From NCBI GenBank assembly GCA_964016885.1, contig OZ024761.1:8308001-8372000 (forward strand): a stretch of 64,000 bases of DNA. The letters run 5' to 3'. The notes below the pieces were generated by a model. It was given only the letters and a program-made list of their open reading frames with translations. It did not search any database and was not told the origin of the DNA. This document shows positions 50,172 through 64,000 of this stretch, in pieces; within the stretch, counting starts at the first letter, position 1; every line of letters begins with the position of its first letter. This DNA is from Eledone cirrhosa. Taxonomy: Eukaryota. The position numbers and the translations under genes are program-made.

Positions 50172-53100
50172 CTACAAAATGCCCTCTGCCATAGTGGTGC
50201 CCCATTGTGAATCATCCTCCAAAAGGCCACGCCTAAAGCAGGCTTCCCGGAAAGTATCACATAATTCACCGTCAACAGTTCTTATGTCTCGAAAGCTTTG
50301 TGGGCCAAAAACCTCATGGAGGAGAAGGCGCAGGTGAAAACACTCATGCTGGTTGGGAGGTACAGTGTACACTCTTCCTAGACAACTGTCAAACTTGACA
50401 CCAGGATGTCCTTCAACATCCTGACCTGACTTCCTACGCACCCAAGTGTTGTTTGACCACACGTAGTAGGACGGGACGTGAGGATATGAAAGTGTTTTAG
50501 CAAATGTGTCAAGTTGGCAAAACGTAAAAAAAACAGTCAAAGTTGTTTCTTTTGGATTGGCCGCCAAATGAGCAGCAGTCTGTTCAGTAAAGTAAGCCCG
50601 CTGGCCGTTTTCCAAATGAACCGCTAGTTGTATGGTGGCGGGGTGCCTTTGGTGAAGTGGAAACCCGAATATCCGCCAAAAAGCTTCACCACTGCTGATA
50701 TATCGACCTGCCAAGTACTCCGAGACCTCGTCCCTGCTATTGTCGTTTTGAAGGCCGAACATGGCAGCGTCGGAACCCTTGTTAACATATTTACATATGT
50801 ACTTTATCGACTTCACTGAATGACAGAACTCCACATTTATATGAGCTTTGAAAGTTTTCATCAGAAATGGACAGTACGGGACCACCCACCTATTATCAAC
50901 TTGATGACCCCGTAACGTCATAGTGAATCCACCGTTCTCAGGCCGCCTTCCTCTGTACAGTAGATATCCGTCGCCGCCAGTCTGGGTCTCCTCAACAAAC
51001 CTCTTTGGGTATCGTTTAGTGCACACATGGTCCTTGTGGCATGAAGAGAACTCTTGAAAACTGGGACCGTACAGACTGTGCACCATGTGTGCCTTCACAA
51101 TGTCGTACAGCTGCCGGTCAACAACGGGGTCCGGTATTTCCGCTGTGATGACGTCATCTATAACTGTAGGGTCTATTTTGGTGAGCAACCAAACCAAAAA
51201 ATGCGCGTGTGGCAACCCTCTCTTCTGCCACTCAACAGTATACATGTGGCACCTAACAGGCCCGAAAACCTTCCCTTTTTTTATTAGATCAATTAGCTTA
51301 GCCAGCTTCTGCCTGAAAACCCTGGCAATAATATCATGGCGATGGCAGTACTGCTGCCCTGGGAAAAGTTCCCGCGTAACCTCAACCCACTTGGGGTTAC
51401 ACGTAAACGTGATGAATAAATTGGGGTGCCCATAATGCCGAACGAACGTCATAGCGTCCTGTGTTCGCTCGTGCATGTACCACGCCCCCCCCCCCCCCCC
51501 GTATAAGTTGAGGGGAGAATTCACATTTTGCCGATATTCCGGGGGTCAGTGTCATTCCTGATGCCGTCACGCAAATGGATGCAGGAGTCTGAGCCAATTT
51601 TATGAAGTTCAGTCTCTCCGACTCCATCTTTGCAGCCATGTCAACTGCAAACTGGTGAAACAGTTCCCGTGACCTGTGCAGGGTGCTGAAATCGTTAGGC
51701 CTCGTCATGAAGCGGTATGAGTATAAAGCCATGCATGAAACAGTTTTAGATGTCGCAGCAGTGGGCTCGTTTGGTTTGCGCTGAGGAATGCCGAAATGGT
51801 ACCCGTCTTCTCCGTATGCAAAAAGAAGGGGATACTGCAGGGCGTTGTATGAACGATGCGTCTCATTAATACGTCGAAGACCACTGTCACGACTTTGAAG
51901 AGCTATGTCTCGCTTAGTGTGCTGTTGACCATGGATAACTACGGCCACTTCATTGCACGAAGGAGCGTTATAACGGCGTGCGTGCTCTCCAGAAGGTCTT
52001 TTGTCAGCATCGATGACAATGGTGAAGTTTGGTGAAGGATTTGTTTCCAATGCGTATTTGAAACTGCGAATATAACTGTTGTGCTCATGAAGCATGTTTT
52101 GAAAACCGAGCAGCACGTCCCTTTCAAAAGTGTCAGCGTCAGTGTTTGCAGGTGTTGGAATAACGCCGAACCGCGCATCAACTTGCCTACTGTACTTAGA
52201 AATGAAGTAAATTTGAAGGAATGAAGGCTTGCAATTTTGTAGTGGCTGGAGCGACCCAATAAGATGGTACACCTGCCCCTGGACCTTGAAAGTAGGCACC
52301 CAACCACTTTCTCTAACAACGTTAACCCCAAAAGAAGTCATTTGAAACGCACAATTGTACTTCCTGATGAGTTGAAGGAATTTGGATGACCTTGGATGAC
52401 CTTGAGGTAGAACCAGTAAGTAGTTCCTTCAAAGGCTCTGGTGGTTCCCCAAGCGGGGGCAAGCTGACCTTACCGTTTAAATAGCACATTGCAGGTGGCT
52501 CCCCAGCCCACTTTTTAGCATTGCAGAATTTGCAATTGAAGCGCATTTCCCCTATATTTATGTTGGCACGCATCGAGTAGTTAACATTGGGCTCATACTT
52601 GAAAGCCCATAGGTGCCAGTATGGGCTGTTGGGGCTCGTCGCACCGCGGGCAGCTTCTTGTCGTCGACTGTTCCACTCCAACGTAGAATGTTGCTCCTGT
52701 GGGTCGTGGGAAGGTCTTGCAGCAGTAGCAGAAGCAACCCTTGCAATCCTAATAGAGCGCCCGTCTGCATCTTCAGAAGCCATGGAAGCAGTCATAGCCG
52801 CAGCGTTCCTAGCAAGGCGATTCGTCCGCCGTTCCTAACCTTCCAAAGCCCTGGAAGCAGCAGTAGCCGCAGCGTTTCCATTCAGGCGAGCCGCCCTTTC
52901 TTCCGGGCCCTCTGAAGTCCTAGAAGCAGCAGTAGCAGCAGCGTTTCCATTCAGGCGAGTCGACCTTTGTTCCGGGCCCTCTGAAGCCCTGGAAGCAGCA
53001 GTAGAAGCAGCGTTTCTGTTCAGGCGAGTCGACCTTTGTTCCTGGCCCTCTGAAGCCCTGGAAGCAGCAGTAGAAGCAGCGTTTCTGTTCAGGCGAGTCG

Positions 53101-54025
53101 ACCTTTGTTCCGGGCCCTCTGAAGCCCTGGAAGCAGCAGTAGAAGCAGCGTTTCTGTTCAGGCGAGTCGACCTTTGTTCCTGGCCCTCTGAAGCCCTGGA
53201 AGCAGCAGTAGAAGCAGCGTTTCTGTTCAGGCGAGTCGACCTTTGTTCCTGGCCCTCTGAAGCCCTGGAAGCAGCAGTAGAAGCAGCGTTTCTGTTCAGG
53301 CAAGTCGACCTTTGTTCCTGGCCCTCTGAAGCCCTGGAAGCAGCAGTAGAAGCAGCGTTTCCGTTCAGGCGAGTCGACCTTTGTTCCTGGCCCTCTGAAG
53401 CCCTGGAAGCAGCAGTAGCAGCAGCGTTTCTGTTCAGGCGAGTCGACCTTTGTTCCTGGCCCTCTGAAGCCCTGGAAGCAGCAGTAGCAGCAGCGTTTCT
53501 GTTCAGGCGAGTCGACCTTTGTTCCTGGCCCTCTGAAGCCCTGGAAGCAGCAGTAGAAGCAGCGTTTCCATTCAGGCGAGTCGACCTTTGTTCCTGGCCC
53601 TCTGAAGCCCTGGAAGCAGCAGTAGCAGCAGCGTTTCTGTTCAGGCAAGTCGACCTTTGTTCCTGGCCCTCTGAAGCCCTGGAAGCAGCAGTAGCAGCAG
53701 CGTTTCTGTTCAGGCGAGTCGACCTTTGTTCCGGGCCCTCTGAAGCCCTGGAAGCAGCAGTAGCAGCAGCGTTTTTTTTTTAATGACGTATCGCCCACTC
53801 CGAATCTTACATCGCAGCACATCTCGAGGCGTCGTATGACGCCATCTTGGCTAGGTGTGCGATGTGTTGTTGAAAACTTTCAGCAGCTCTGCATTCCGCT
53901 GAACGTAAGGCGCTCTGTGAAAGTCTTAAAGCAGTTTCCTCGGGGGACTCGTTTGCTGTAATCCCGCTCTGCGCTGCCACTGACGCAGTATGGTGACCGA
54001 GGCGACTTCTTTTTTTAGGTGGCAT
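50172..54025 (-). pseudogene. Helitron N-terminus and Rep (HUH) domain
   Basis: MPPKKR start, zinc knuckle CKFCNAKKW..C, FKVQGQVYH, ALQYPLLF, FITFTCNPKW, VEWQKRGLPHAH and KYICKYVNK. Frameshifted. Confidence 0.93.
52845..53775 (-). repeat. 69-bp (23-aa) coding repeat, ~13 copies, STPR-like
   Basis: Frame RNAASTAASRASEGQEQRSTRLN. Confidence 0.85.
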
Positions 54026-54137
54026 TTTATGTGAAAAAGAAAGGGTGAAAGTTACTTCTACAGCAAAATTGCCTTTGAATGTATAAGGCTGAAAACTGTC
54101 TGCGTTCCGCAGGGGTAAAAATGGGAGAACGAACGGC

Positions 54138-55066
54138 GAATAAATAACTCACAGTTTGTTGAAAGTTGTTTGGCCAAAAATCCTTACTTGTTTTTTTTTT
54201 TCACTCAATAAACGTGTAAATATGTGTAAATACACAAAATGTAATTGTGTGTGAGCATGTTTTTTTTTTTTTTCGATTTTTATGTGGAGTAGAGAGAGGA
54301 AATTATTTCCGTAATTGTGGGTGATTTTGAAATAAATAAATAGTCGTTGACCTAAGTTAAACCATTTACAACATTCTTACAGAGGCAAATAAATAACTCA
54401 CAGTTTGTTTAAAGTGCGCTTCTGTCAGCAATGTGAAGTTGTTTGGCCAAAAATCCTTACTTGTTTTTTTTTTCACTCAATAAACGTGTAAATATGTGTA
54501 AATACACAAAATGTAATTGTGTGTGAGCATGTATTTTTTTTTTTTTCGATTTTTATGTGGAGTAGAGAGAGGAAATTATTTCCGTAATTGTGGGTGATTT
54601 TGAAATAAATAAATAGTCGTTGACCTAAGTTAAACCATTTACAACATTCTTACAGAGGCAAATAAATAACTCACAGTTTGTTTAAAGTGCGCTTCTGTCA
54701 GCAATGTGAAGTTGTTTGGCCAAAAATCCTTACTTGTTTTTTTTTTCACTCAATAAACGTGTAAATATGTGTAAATACACAAAATGTAATTGTGTGTGAG
54801 CATGTATTTTTTTTTTTTTCGATTTTTATGTGGAGTAGAGAGAGGAAATTATTTCCGTAATTGTGGGTGATTTTGAAATAAATAAATAGTCGTTGACCTA
54901 AGTTAAACCATTTACAACATTCTTACAGAGGCAAATAAATAACTCACAGTTTGTTTAAAGTGCGCTTCTGTCAGCAATGTGAAGTTGTTTGGCCAAAAAT
55001 CCTTACTTGTTTTTTTTTCACTCAATAAACGTGTAAATATGTTATACACAAAATGTAATTGTGTGA
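54138..55066. repeat. 273-bp tandem repeats in the Helitron 5' region
   Basis: AAATAAATAACTCACAG recurs at 54387, 54660 and 54933. Confidence 0.92.
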
Positions 55067-55485
55067 AATTATTAAGGAGTAGGTTTATAAGCGTATATAA
55101 GAGATGTAAGGATCCTGTATTTAACATTTGTCTCTGTCTCTCTGGTTACCTCCTTTATTTTTTTCTCTCTCTCTAAAGGAAATTATTAAGGAGTGGGTTT
55201 ATAAGCGTATATAAGAGAAGGTTGCAGTATGTATAGGAGTTAGGGTTAGGGTTACTCAGATTGTATTAGAGAGGTAAAGCGTCATGTATTTAGTTTTAGC
55301 GATTATTTCCGTAATTGTGGGTGAGGTTGAAATAAATAAATAGTCGTTGACCTAAGTTAGACCATTTACAACATTCTTGCAGACTTTGAGTCGAATCGGT
55401 TTGAAATTGTGCAAATGTATAAACATGGAACATGTGCACACACACACACACACAACAACAACAATCTGCCTTTTATAGATAATGA

Positions 55486-58292
55486 TCCTAGGTCTTCTTG
55501 GGTGTCCCCACTTTGCCACTTCCATCGACTTCTAGTGCTCTGCACCTTTTTATGCAGCTGTCATCCTTCATGCGCATCACATGTCCATACCAACGCAATC
55601 TCCTCTCCTGCACACAGCATTTGATTCCTCTTATGCTCAGTCTCTCTCTCAATTCTTTGCCGTTTGCATATATTACTATTACACATCCATCGGAGCACGC
55701 AGGCTTCGTTTCTTTCTAATCTACACAAGTCTTCTACAGACAGTGGCCAGGTCTCACTTCCATGTAACATTGCTGTTCTTATACACGCATCATACAGTCT
55801 GCCTTTCATTTTGAGGGAAAATCCTTTTGCAGCTAGCAGTGGTAGTAGCTCCCTGAACTTCTTCCATCCCATTCTTACCCTGGCTACTGTACTTTCTGAA
55901 CACCCACCTCTGCAGTTAATTCGGTCACCTACGTAGCAAAAGCTGTCTACTGTTTCTACAGAGCCTCCCAGAGTTTGGTAGTGCTTGTTTCCTGTGGCCG
56001 TTTGTTGCTTGCTGTCCTGGTACAGCTGCTAGATGTAAAGCCTACATTCTTAGCTAAGCTTCCTGAGATCCCACTACATCTCTTGTGTACCCATGTTTGC
56101 ATTTGGGGCAGAGGATAGAGTTTCTACCTACACCTTTCCTACATACTGAGCAAGGTCATTTCTCTGAGGGAATCTGGGCTCTGTTTTCTCATCTACTTAC
56201 GGGGACCTTAGTCTTTGTCAGGTTGACTTTGAGACCCTTTCTTTCTAGTCTCTGCTTCCATGTTTGGAATTTCTTCTCTAGTTCCACCATAGATTCATCT
56301 ATAAGTGTGAGATCATCCGCGTACAGGAGTTCCCATGGGGATCCGGTCTTAAACTCTTCTGTTATAGCCTGCAATACTATATAATGAACAGGAGAGGGCT
56401 AAGAACAGAGCCCTGGTGGACACCAACCTGTATGCTAAATTCCTCACTATACTCATTGCTAATCCTAACTTGCACAGCTTTCACAAGCATTCATCTACTC
56501 CTATTTTTCTAAGAGCCCACCAGATTATAGCACGGGGCACTCTGTCGAAGGCTTTTTCCAGATCGACAAATGCCAGGTAGAGCGGCTTACTTTTAGCTAG
56601 GTACTTTTCCTGTAACTGCCTCACAAGGAAGAGGGCATCAGTGGTGCCTCTTCCTGGTACAAACCCAAATTCCATCTCATCTAGTTTTATCCGGTCCCTA
56701 ATCAACTGTGCTATAACCCTCTAATGTTCAAACCGGCCAGAATTCTCTACCTCTTTCTGTTGAAACTGGCTGTAACTGGTCACTCAAACTGATGTTAAGG
56801 TATTGTTCTCAAAATAAATACTTTCAAAATCTCATAGATTCGATATTATGTGAGATATTATGCGAGATAAAGCTTTTACCATGAAAATATAATAGTAAAT
56901 ATAAAATAATGTGAATGCTAAAGGGATAACTCTTTCTGTTACTTTCATGATCTGGTCCATCAGCTTTATACCTCTATAGTTTCCTCTATCTAGCACATCA
57001 CCTTTACCCTTGTAGCAGTTGACAATGATGCTGCTGCACCAATCCTTTGGTATGACACCCTCTAGTATTACCTGGTTAACAATACGTGTGGTTATGGTGT
57101 GACCTATCGACCCAGATGCTTTCAGCATCTCGGCAGCTATGCCTGATGGACCAGTTGCCTTCCCAGCCTTCATATCTTTAATTGCCTTACTTATTACGCT
57201 GCTGCTGGCCCCTCTATATGGTCCACTTGGAGTAGGGTCTCTTTTTCCCATGCATTCTCCTCATTTAGTAATCTTTCATAATGGCTCTTCCACGCATCTT
57301 TCTTCTCAGCATTTGTGAGGGCAAGCTCATATTTTTCAGTCCGGACACACTTCTCTCCAATGACATCACAACTATCTCTGACACACTGCTTCATAATCTT
57401 CAACACCTGTTTCTGGTCCTCCTCACGCTACAAAACATGCTTGAATTTTCTATCCTCTGCTTCCCTCCTAGCTAAGTATACTTGTCGCCTAGCTTCCCTT
57501 CTGGTCTCTATGTAATGTACTCTGCTTCCCCAATTCTTCCATTCTTTCCATGCCTGTCTCTTGGCCTTAATTGCCTCATCTACCTTATTGTTCCACCACC
57601 AAGTCACTCTCCTCCTGCCTGTGATCTTGCTCCAGCCACAGATCTCGTCCGTCGCCTTTAGTAAGTTATTTTTTAGGAACTCCCAGTACTCTTCTACATT
57701 GAATGTCTCTGTCTATTCTTCTTTACTATCATAGGTGTCGAGTAAAATATCTTTAAATCTGTTATTGGCTGAGGGGTCTTTCAGCTTCCAGATCTTTCTT
57801 CTCCGGGTTTCCTTCTGTTTCCAAGTTCGTCTAGTTCTGAGAGTGAGGTCGCTGACAACTAAGCTATGTTGGGAGGTACATTCCTCACTAGGGAAGACTT
57901 TTGTGTTTACAACCGTCGATCTATCTCATCCTCTGATGAGGATAAAATCTATCTGACTAGAATGCTTCCCTGATCTATAGGTGAGCAGATGGTTGTCAGG
58001 TTTTTTTGAAGTTTGTGTTACATATTGACATGTCATTGGCATCGCAGAAGCCTGAAGCCTTCTTCATTTCTTGTGCCAAACCCATGGCCTCCATGGACTC
58101 CATAGAAGCCGTCACGGTGTTTCCCAATGTGTATGTTAAAATCTCCTATAATGATTAGGAAGTCACTGTTGTTTGTTAGGGCAGTAGTGTACATTAAGGA
58201 CTCATAAAACCTATCCTTAAGTTCGTCTGGCAACCCCGATATGATTGTGGCAATTGTTTTATTCAGGATTAGTCTGAGTTTAATGATTCTTG
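55486..58292 (-). mobile_element. Body of the decayed RTE family A LINE (host of the Helitron)
   Basis: GDFNIHIG, KATGPSG, NYRGIKL, FVDLEKAFD, ELLYADD and GSETW; frameshifts. Confidence 0.93.
56717..56925. mobile_element. piggyBac-type MITE with non-canonical ATAA duplication
   Basis: ATAA|CCCTCTAATG...GCTAAAGGG|ATAA; removal restores the RTE frame ERVIAQLIR. Confidence 0.88.
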
Positions 58293-58948
58293 CGTTCACC
58301 ATGTTCACTGAGATTACCTTAACTAGTGTACCTATTGAGATAGAAATACTAAAAGTGGCATACATTTGCTGTACGTTTAATTCTTGGCAAATTTCAGAGC
58401 TCTGTAGATAGAAAAATATACAAAATACACTTGATTTGGTAAGATAATTGAACTCTACAGAAAAAGTTAGCCCCAAACACGTTTTCATGCTTGCCATATT
58501 AGAGGGGAAATAGTTGTCTCAAGTTGGTTGAGAGACTCGTTCGGAAAAAAATGTAAAACTAATTATTTTAAAGGCCTACAATTTCTAAACTATCAAAGAT
58601 ATTGACCTAATATTTTTCCATTATATAGGTACAGGAGCTAGTATGCATTTTTTCAGGGGGATCTGAGGGGGTGACCTGGGACCCTCTGGTTGATTTGAGA
58701 TGGAATGACCCTATATATATATACATATATATGCATATATATATATATACATATATACACATATATATACATATATATATATACACATATATATACATAT
58801 ATATATATACACACATATATACATACATATATATATATATACACATATATACATACATATACATACACATATATACATACATATATATATACATATATAT
58901 ATACATATACATATATATATATACACACATATATATATATATACATAT

Positions 58949-59138
58949 AATTGTTTCTACTTTTGGCACAAGGCCAGCAATTATCCCAGTGTATTACTGG
59001 TACTTTATTTTATCAACCCCGTAAGGATGAAAGGCAAAGTTAACCTCGGCGGGATTTGGACTCAATCCGTAAAGGGACGTAACTCAATGCTGCAAAGCAT
59101 GGCGTCTGACCCTCTACCGATACTACCAATCCACCGGC
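58949..59138 (-). mobile_element. SINE family 1
   Basis: Full-length reverse copy. Confidence 0.9.
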
Positions 59139-59298
59139 CATATAATATTATTCAAAATATTAATAAATGAAAAATATTCTCATAATCAAAATATTTATTT
59201 TATTTACATATTTCAAAGGTACAATGGTGTTTAAGTACGTTTTCATCAGACAAAATATATGATTTATATATACATGTATAATATATGAGTTATATATA

Positions 59299-60393
<1,095 letters not shown>

Positions 60394-60614
60394 TATTTGG
60401 GGAGGGTCATATTTGCGTAATATTGCCAGAATTAATAACAGAACACACTCACTGTTTGGTTGGTTTTCGCTTCTCGCTGTCTTTTATATATATATATCTG
60501 CGATCTAACTTACTCGGTCCTCAATGTTGCCATTGACTGACCGGCGGTCAAAAATAATACAGATACAATATAGACACAAACACATATATATATATATAGT
60601 TTACATAATTTACA

Positions 60615-60654
60615 TAAATCTTTCGTTGCACATCTGCAACATCGTCAGTGGTGT
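60615..60654 (-). ncRNA. Hammerhead-like core in the Penelope 3' region
   Basis: Minus strand: ACACCA-CTGACGA-T-GTTGCA-GATG-TGCAAC-GAAA-GATTT. Stem II is perfect; stems I and III are unresolved. Confidence 0.5.
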
Positions 60655-60924
60655 TATATTCATTGTTCCTCCTGTTGTGTTGTATGTCTACGCCATTTTT
60701 TTTTTTTGTTCAGTCCGTCTATATATTTATTTATTTATTTGCTTGTTTGTTTATCTTATTTTATTTTGTCTTCTTTGCGCATGCGTTTGCGTGTGTGTAT
60801 AGTGTTATGTGTGATGTGTGACTAGTGTGTATAGTGTTGTGTCTGCTGGGTGACTAGTGTGTGTTTATGTGCTTGTGTATGTATTTATTTATCTTATTTT
60901 ATTTAATTTAATTTACTTATTTAT

Positions 60925-62712
60925 TTATACTTCTCTTAGGTCAGTGTTGTTTGTTTGGGTGTTGTTGTTGTTCCACTCATTCTTTCTGTTTAGCTTTGGT
61001 CTTCTAATTTCTATTTCACTGGCCTCTCTGATTTGCCTATCTGCTGGGTCATTCCTATGTTTAGATATTATTCTAATTTCTATGTTGTCTATGTTACCGT
61101 CATGATGTTGTCTAGCATGTTCGTATAGTACTGACCCGTTTTTTCGTCCTTTTAGTTCCCCCCAGTGTTGGTCTATCCTTTCACCTATGCTACGAGCTGT
61201 CTCACCTATGTATGTTGTTGTCGTGTTTCTGCAAGTACCCTCTGTACATCTTATGCTATAGACTACGTTTCTAGTTTTACAGTTTATCCGGGTGTTCACC
61301 TTACATATGATACATTTCCTATTGGTACAGTGGGTTTTCTTAAAAGGGTAGGTTTTGCTGATCAGGGATTTTATGGTGGTTCCTGGCTTTTCTACCACCT
61401 TTATTTTTAAGTGGGTCTTTCTCAGGGCCTTTCTACACTGGTTAGCTAATTTCCCTCCAGGGGTGGCGTCCACAAACATGACACTCTGATATCTCTGGTT
61501 GTCGTACCATGATGTGGCCTTCCCTATCTTATGTCTAGCCCTATCTAAGCTATTCCATGATTTGCTCCTGTATAGTGGGCAAATTCCTTTCATGTCCAGT
61601 TCTATGAGGGTCTTATACTTTTCCATGGCTCCTTCGTATACTCTGACTCTGTCTCTTTGGTTGTAGCCAGAGAACTGCATGCGGTTGATGAAGTGTTGGA
61701 TGTGTCCTTCCATTTCTGTTGGGTCGCACATGCTGGACACATTCTTCATCACTCGTACCAAATCTGCGATCAGAATATTAAACTTAGCACTACTGGACAT
61801 TGCTGAGTTTTTGAGTATCAGGTATTTGGAGGCCATGGGTTTAGCATAGTGTGAGTGGAGAATTTGGGCTCTCTCGTCTATAGTGTTAATCCAGAGTTCT
61901 GTGTCTAATACAGGTAGTCTATTGTTAGGGTGTTTGGAAGGGAAGTCTATAGTTACAGTTATACTCTGGTGTATGGAATTAGCTATCTGCTGGATGCTTT
62001 CCATCGTGCTACGTTCTAAATCAAACTTGTTAGTGCTCTCTAGTGGGGGTGTTCTTATAACTATATTGATATCGTCTACATAACGAGAGTACATGATGAG
62101 GTCTATGGAGCTTTCATTAAGGAGATCTTTAAGTCTCCTTTCCCACCATACCATGAAAAGGTTGGCAACATCGCCAGCTATGCTGACGCCGATGGCTGCT
62201 CCCTCATTTTGGGTGTAGATTTTCTCATTGAACTTAAATATGTGGCCCTTTAGGGTAGTTTTGATACTAGCCCCTATTGCATGTGCGACCATTTTTCTTA
62301 CCTGATCAGTGTTTTGGGGGGTCCGTATAGCTTTGGTCCACCCAATCCACCTTCCTATGGGAGTCTTTTTAGCCATTGAGGTTATGGTGGGGGGTCTACC
62401 TCTTATAGGTCTACTAGGGCAGAAACATCTAAGGTCATGGCTGTCTAGGTAGTCAGTGTCGTAGGTAAGTCTAGGTAGGAGGCCCAGTTCGTCTGTGTCG
62501 ACGTCGCAGAACTCCACCTCACTCTCAATGATCATCTCCACACATCTTTTCACAGCAAAATCAATGTTAATGGATGGGTACAGTGACACCACATCCATGC
62601 TGCCTATTATGCAGTTGGATAGGCTCCTGTTTTTGTTGCACTCACTGATTCTGCTGAGGAGGTCCTCTGTACTTTCACATACATCTGGGGACATCTTGAT
62701 TATCCCTCGCAA
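60925..62712 (-). CDS. Penelope-like retroelement RT plus C-terminal GIY-YIG endonuclease, 5'-truncated (Naiad-like)
   Basis: Uninterrupted 595 aa: GSMDVVSLYPSI, GAAIG..AGDVANLFM, YVDD, LPVLD, CIIC, VVYSIRC, YIGET, RQIREASEI and LNRKNEW. Element ~60390-62716 is bounded by (TA)n. Confidence 0.93.
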   Translation of the reverse strand: MRGIIKMSPDVCESTEDLLSRISECNKNRSLSNCIIGSMDVVSLYPSINIDFAVKRCVEMIIESEVEFCDVDTDELGLLPRLTYDTDYLDSHDLRCFCPSRPIRGRPPTITSMAKKTPIGRWIGWTKAIRTPQNTDQVRKMVAHAIGASIKTTLKGHIFKFNEKIYTQNEGAAIGVSIAGDVANLFMVWWERRLKDLLNESSIDLIMYSRYVDDINIVIRTPPLESTNKFDLERSTMESIQQIANSIHQSITVTIDFPSKHPNNRLPVLDTELWINTIDERAQILHSHYAKPMASKYLILKNSAMSSSAKFNILIADLVRVMKNVSSMCDPTEMEGHIQHFINRMQFSGYNQRDRVRVYEGAMEKYKTLIELDMKGICPLYRSKSWNSLDRARHKIGKATSWYDNQRYQSVMFVDATPGGKLANQCRKALRKTHLKIKVVEKPGTTIKSLISKTYPFKKTHCTNRKCIICKVNTRINCKTRNVVYSIRCTEGTCRNTTTTYIGETARSIGERIDQHWGELKGRKNGSVLYEHARQHHDGNIDNIEIRIISKHRNDPADRQIREASEIEIRRPKLNRKNEWNNNNTQTNNTDLREV

Positions 62713-62715
62713 AAC

Positions 62716-63075
<360 letters not shown>

Positions 63076-63494
63076 ACTGTGATAGGAATGAGGCAAAGGA
63101 AGGTAATGTCCTACTTTTAAGTTTCTCATGGACAGAGGGGGGCAATTATAGCAGCCACCCTCCTTCCTCACAGATATTAAGTGCACAAGACCTATTTTCA
63201 TGACAGTATATATATATTGTATGAACATAAATAATATAATAAGCAGTTTTACTTTTTACTTTTCACCCCTAAGGAGATTGCTGCATTACTTAACGTCCAA
63301 TGCTAGCATGGGTTAAACAGATTGTCCTGTTTGAGGCAAGTTGGGTCTAGTGACGATGACTTGCTCACACAGAACTGTTTCTGGCTTAGTTTCTCCATCT
63401 GGATGGCCTTCCTAACGCCAACCAATTTACAGTGTGTGTTGGACACCTTTTATCATGTCAACATCACAATCACAACCATATATATATATATATA

Positions 63495-64000
63495 TAGTAA
63501 TAATAATAAAATAGTAATAATAATAAAATAGAAATAATAATAAAATAGAAATAATAATAAAATAGAAATAATAATAAAATAGTAATAATAATAAAATAGT
63601 AATAATAATAAAATAGTAATAATAATAAAATAGTAATAATAATAAAATAGAAATAATAATAAAATAGAAATAATAATAAAATAGAAATAATAATAAAATA
63701 GAAATAATAATAAAATAGTAATAATAATAAAATAGAAATAATAATAAAATAGAAATAATGATAAAATAGAAATAATGATAAAATAGAAATAATAATAAAA
63801 TAGTAATAATAATAAAATAGTAATAATAATAAAATAGAAATAATAATAAAATAGTAATAATAATAAAATAGTAATAATAATAAAATAGAAATAATAATAA
63901 AATAGTAATAATAATAAAATAGTAATAATAATAAAATAGAAATAATAATAAAATAGTAATAATAATAAAATAGAAATAATAATAAAATAGTAATAATAAT
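63495..64000. repeat. 17-bp A-rich minisatellite AATAATAAAATAG(T/A)AAT
   Basis: Direct inspection; runs off the window end. Confidence 0.95.

Larger units (their letters stand above)
44648..55485 (-). mobile_element. Full-length autonomous-type Helitron (decayed)
   Basis: 5' TC (plus GA 55484-55485). 3' hairpin CCCGAGCAACGCCGGG, 8 nt, then CTAG (44648-44651). A|T target with no TSD. Rep and PIF1 helicase motifs. Confidence 0.95.

Noticed and set aside
52920-53822. Cys-rich 300-aa ORF (KRCCYCCFQG repeats)
   Set aside because: Alternative frame of the Helitron coding repeat; the RNAASTAASRASE frame fits the flanking protein.
55240-55254. Telomeric repeat TTAGGG
   Set aside because: Only ~2.5 units inside the Helitron 5' region.
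58292-58712. DNA transposon end (minus strand GGGTCATTCC...)
   Set aside because: Only one putative end is visible, with no partner TIR, TSD or coding evidence.
60925-62712. Selenocysteine recoding in the Penelope-like ORF
   Set aside because: No in-frame TGA in the available portion and no convincing SECIS seen.

Overview
This is eukaryotic, AT- and microsatellite-rich DNA made almost entirely of transposable elements. The repeat families suggest a coleoid cephalopod such as Octopus (inference only). There are no prokaryotic genes, CRISPR arrays, rRNA genes or intact tRNA genes. Mobile elements: many RTE-clade LINE copies; two tRNA-derived SINE families; a complete but decayed ~10.8 kb Helitron (44648-55485, minus) inserted precisely into an RTE and itself interrupted by another RTE; a young 5'-truncated Penelope-like RT/GIY-YIG ORF (60925-62712, minus); older Penelope remnants carrying hammerhead-ribozyme motifs; CRE-clade fragments in a 1569-bp tandem duplication; an L1/Tx1 3' fragment; a solo LTR; and piggyBac-type MITEs. 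At least six tandem arrays are present, most traceable to a short functional piece of a TE. Short candidate host exons near 5.1-6.8 kb encode a possible transmembrane segment. The most unusual signals are an unclassified ~6 kb module (28.8-34.75 kb) with a 104-bp hairpin array, a SINE copy with strongly one-directional T-to-C changes resembling fixed A-to-I hyperediting, a SINE whose A-box head is amplified ~50 times, and hammerhead motifs with long loop II inserts. Most listed ORFs are microsatellite artefacts.
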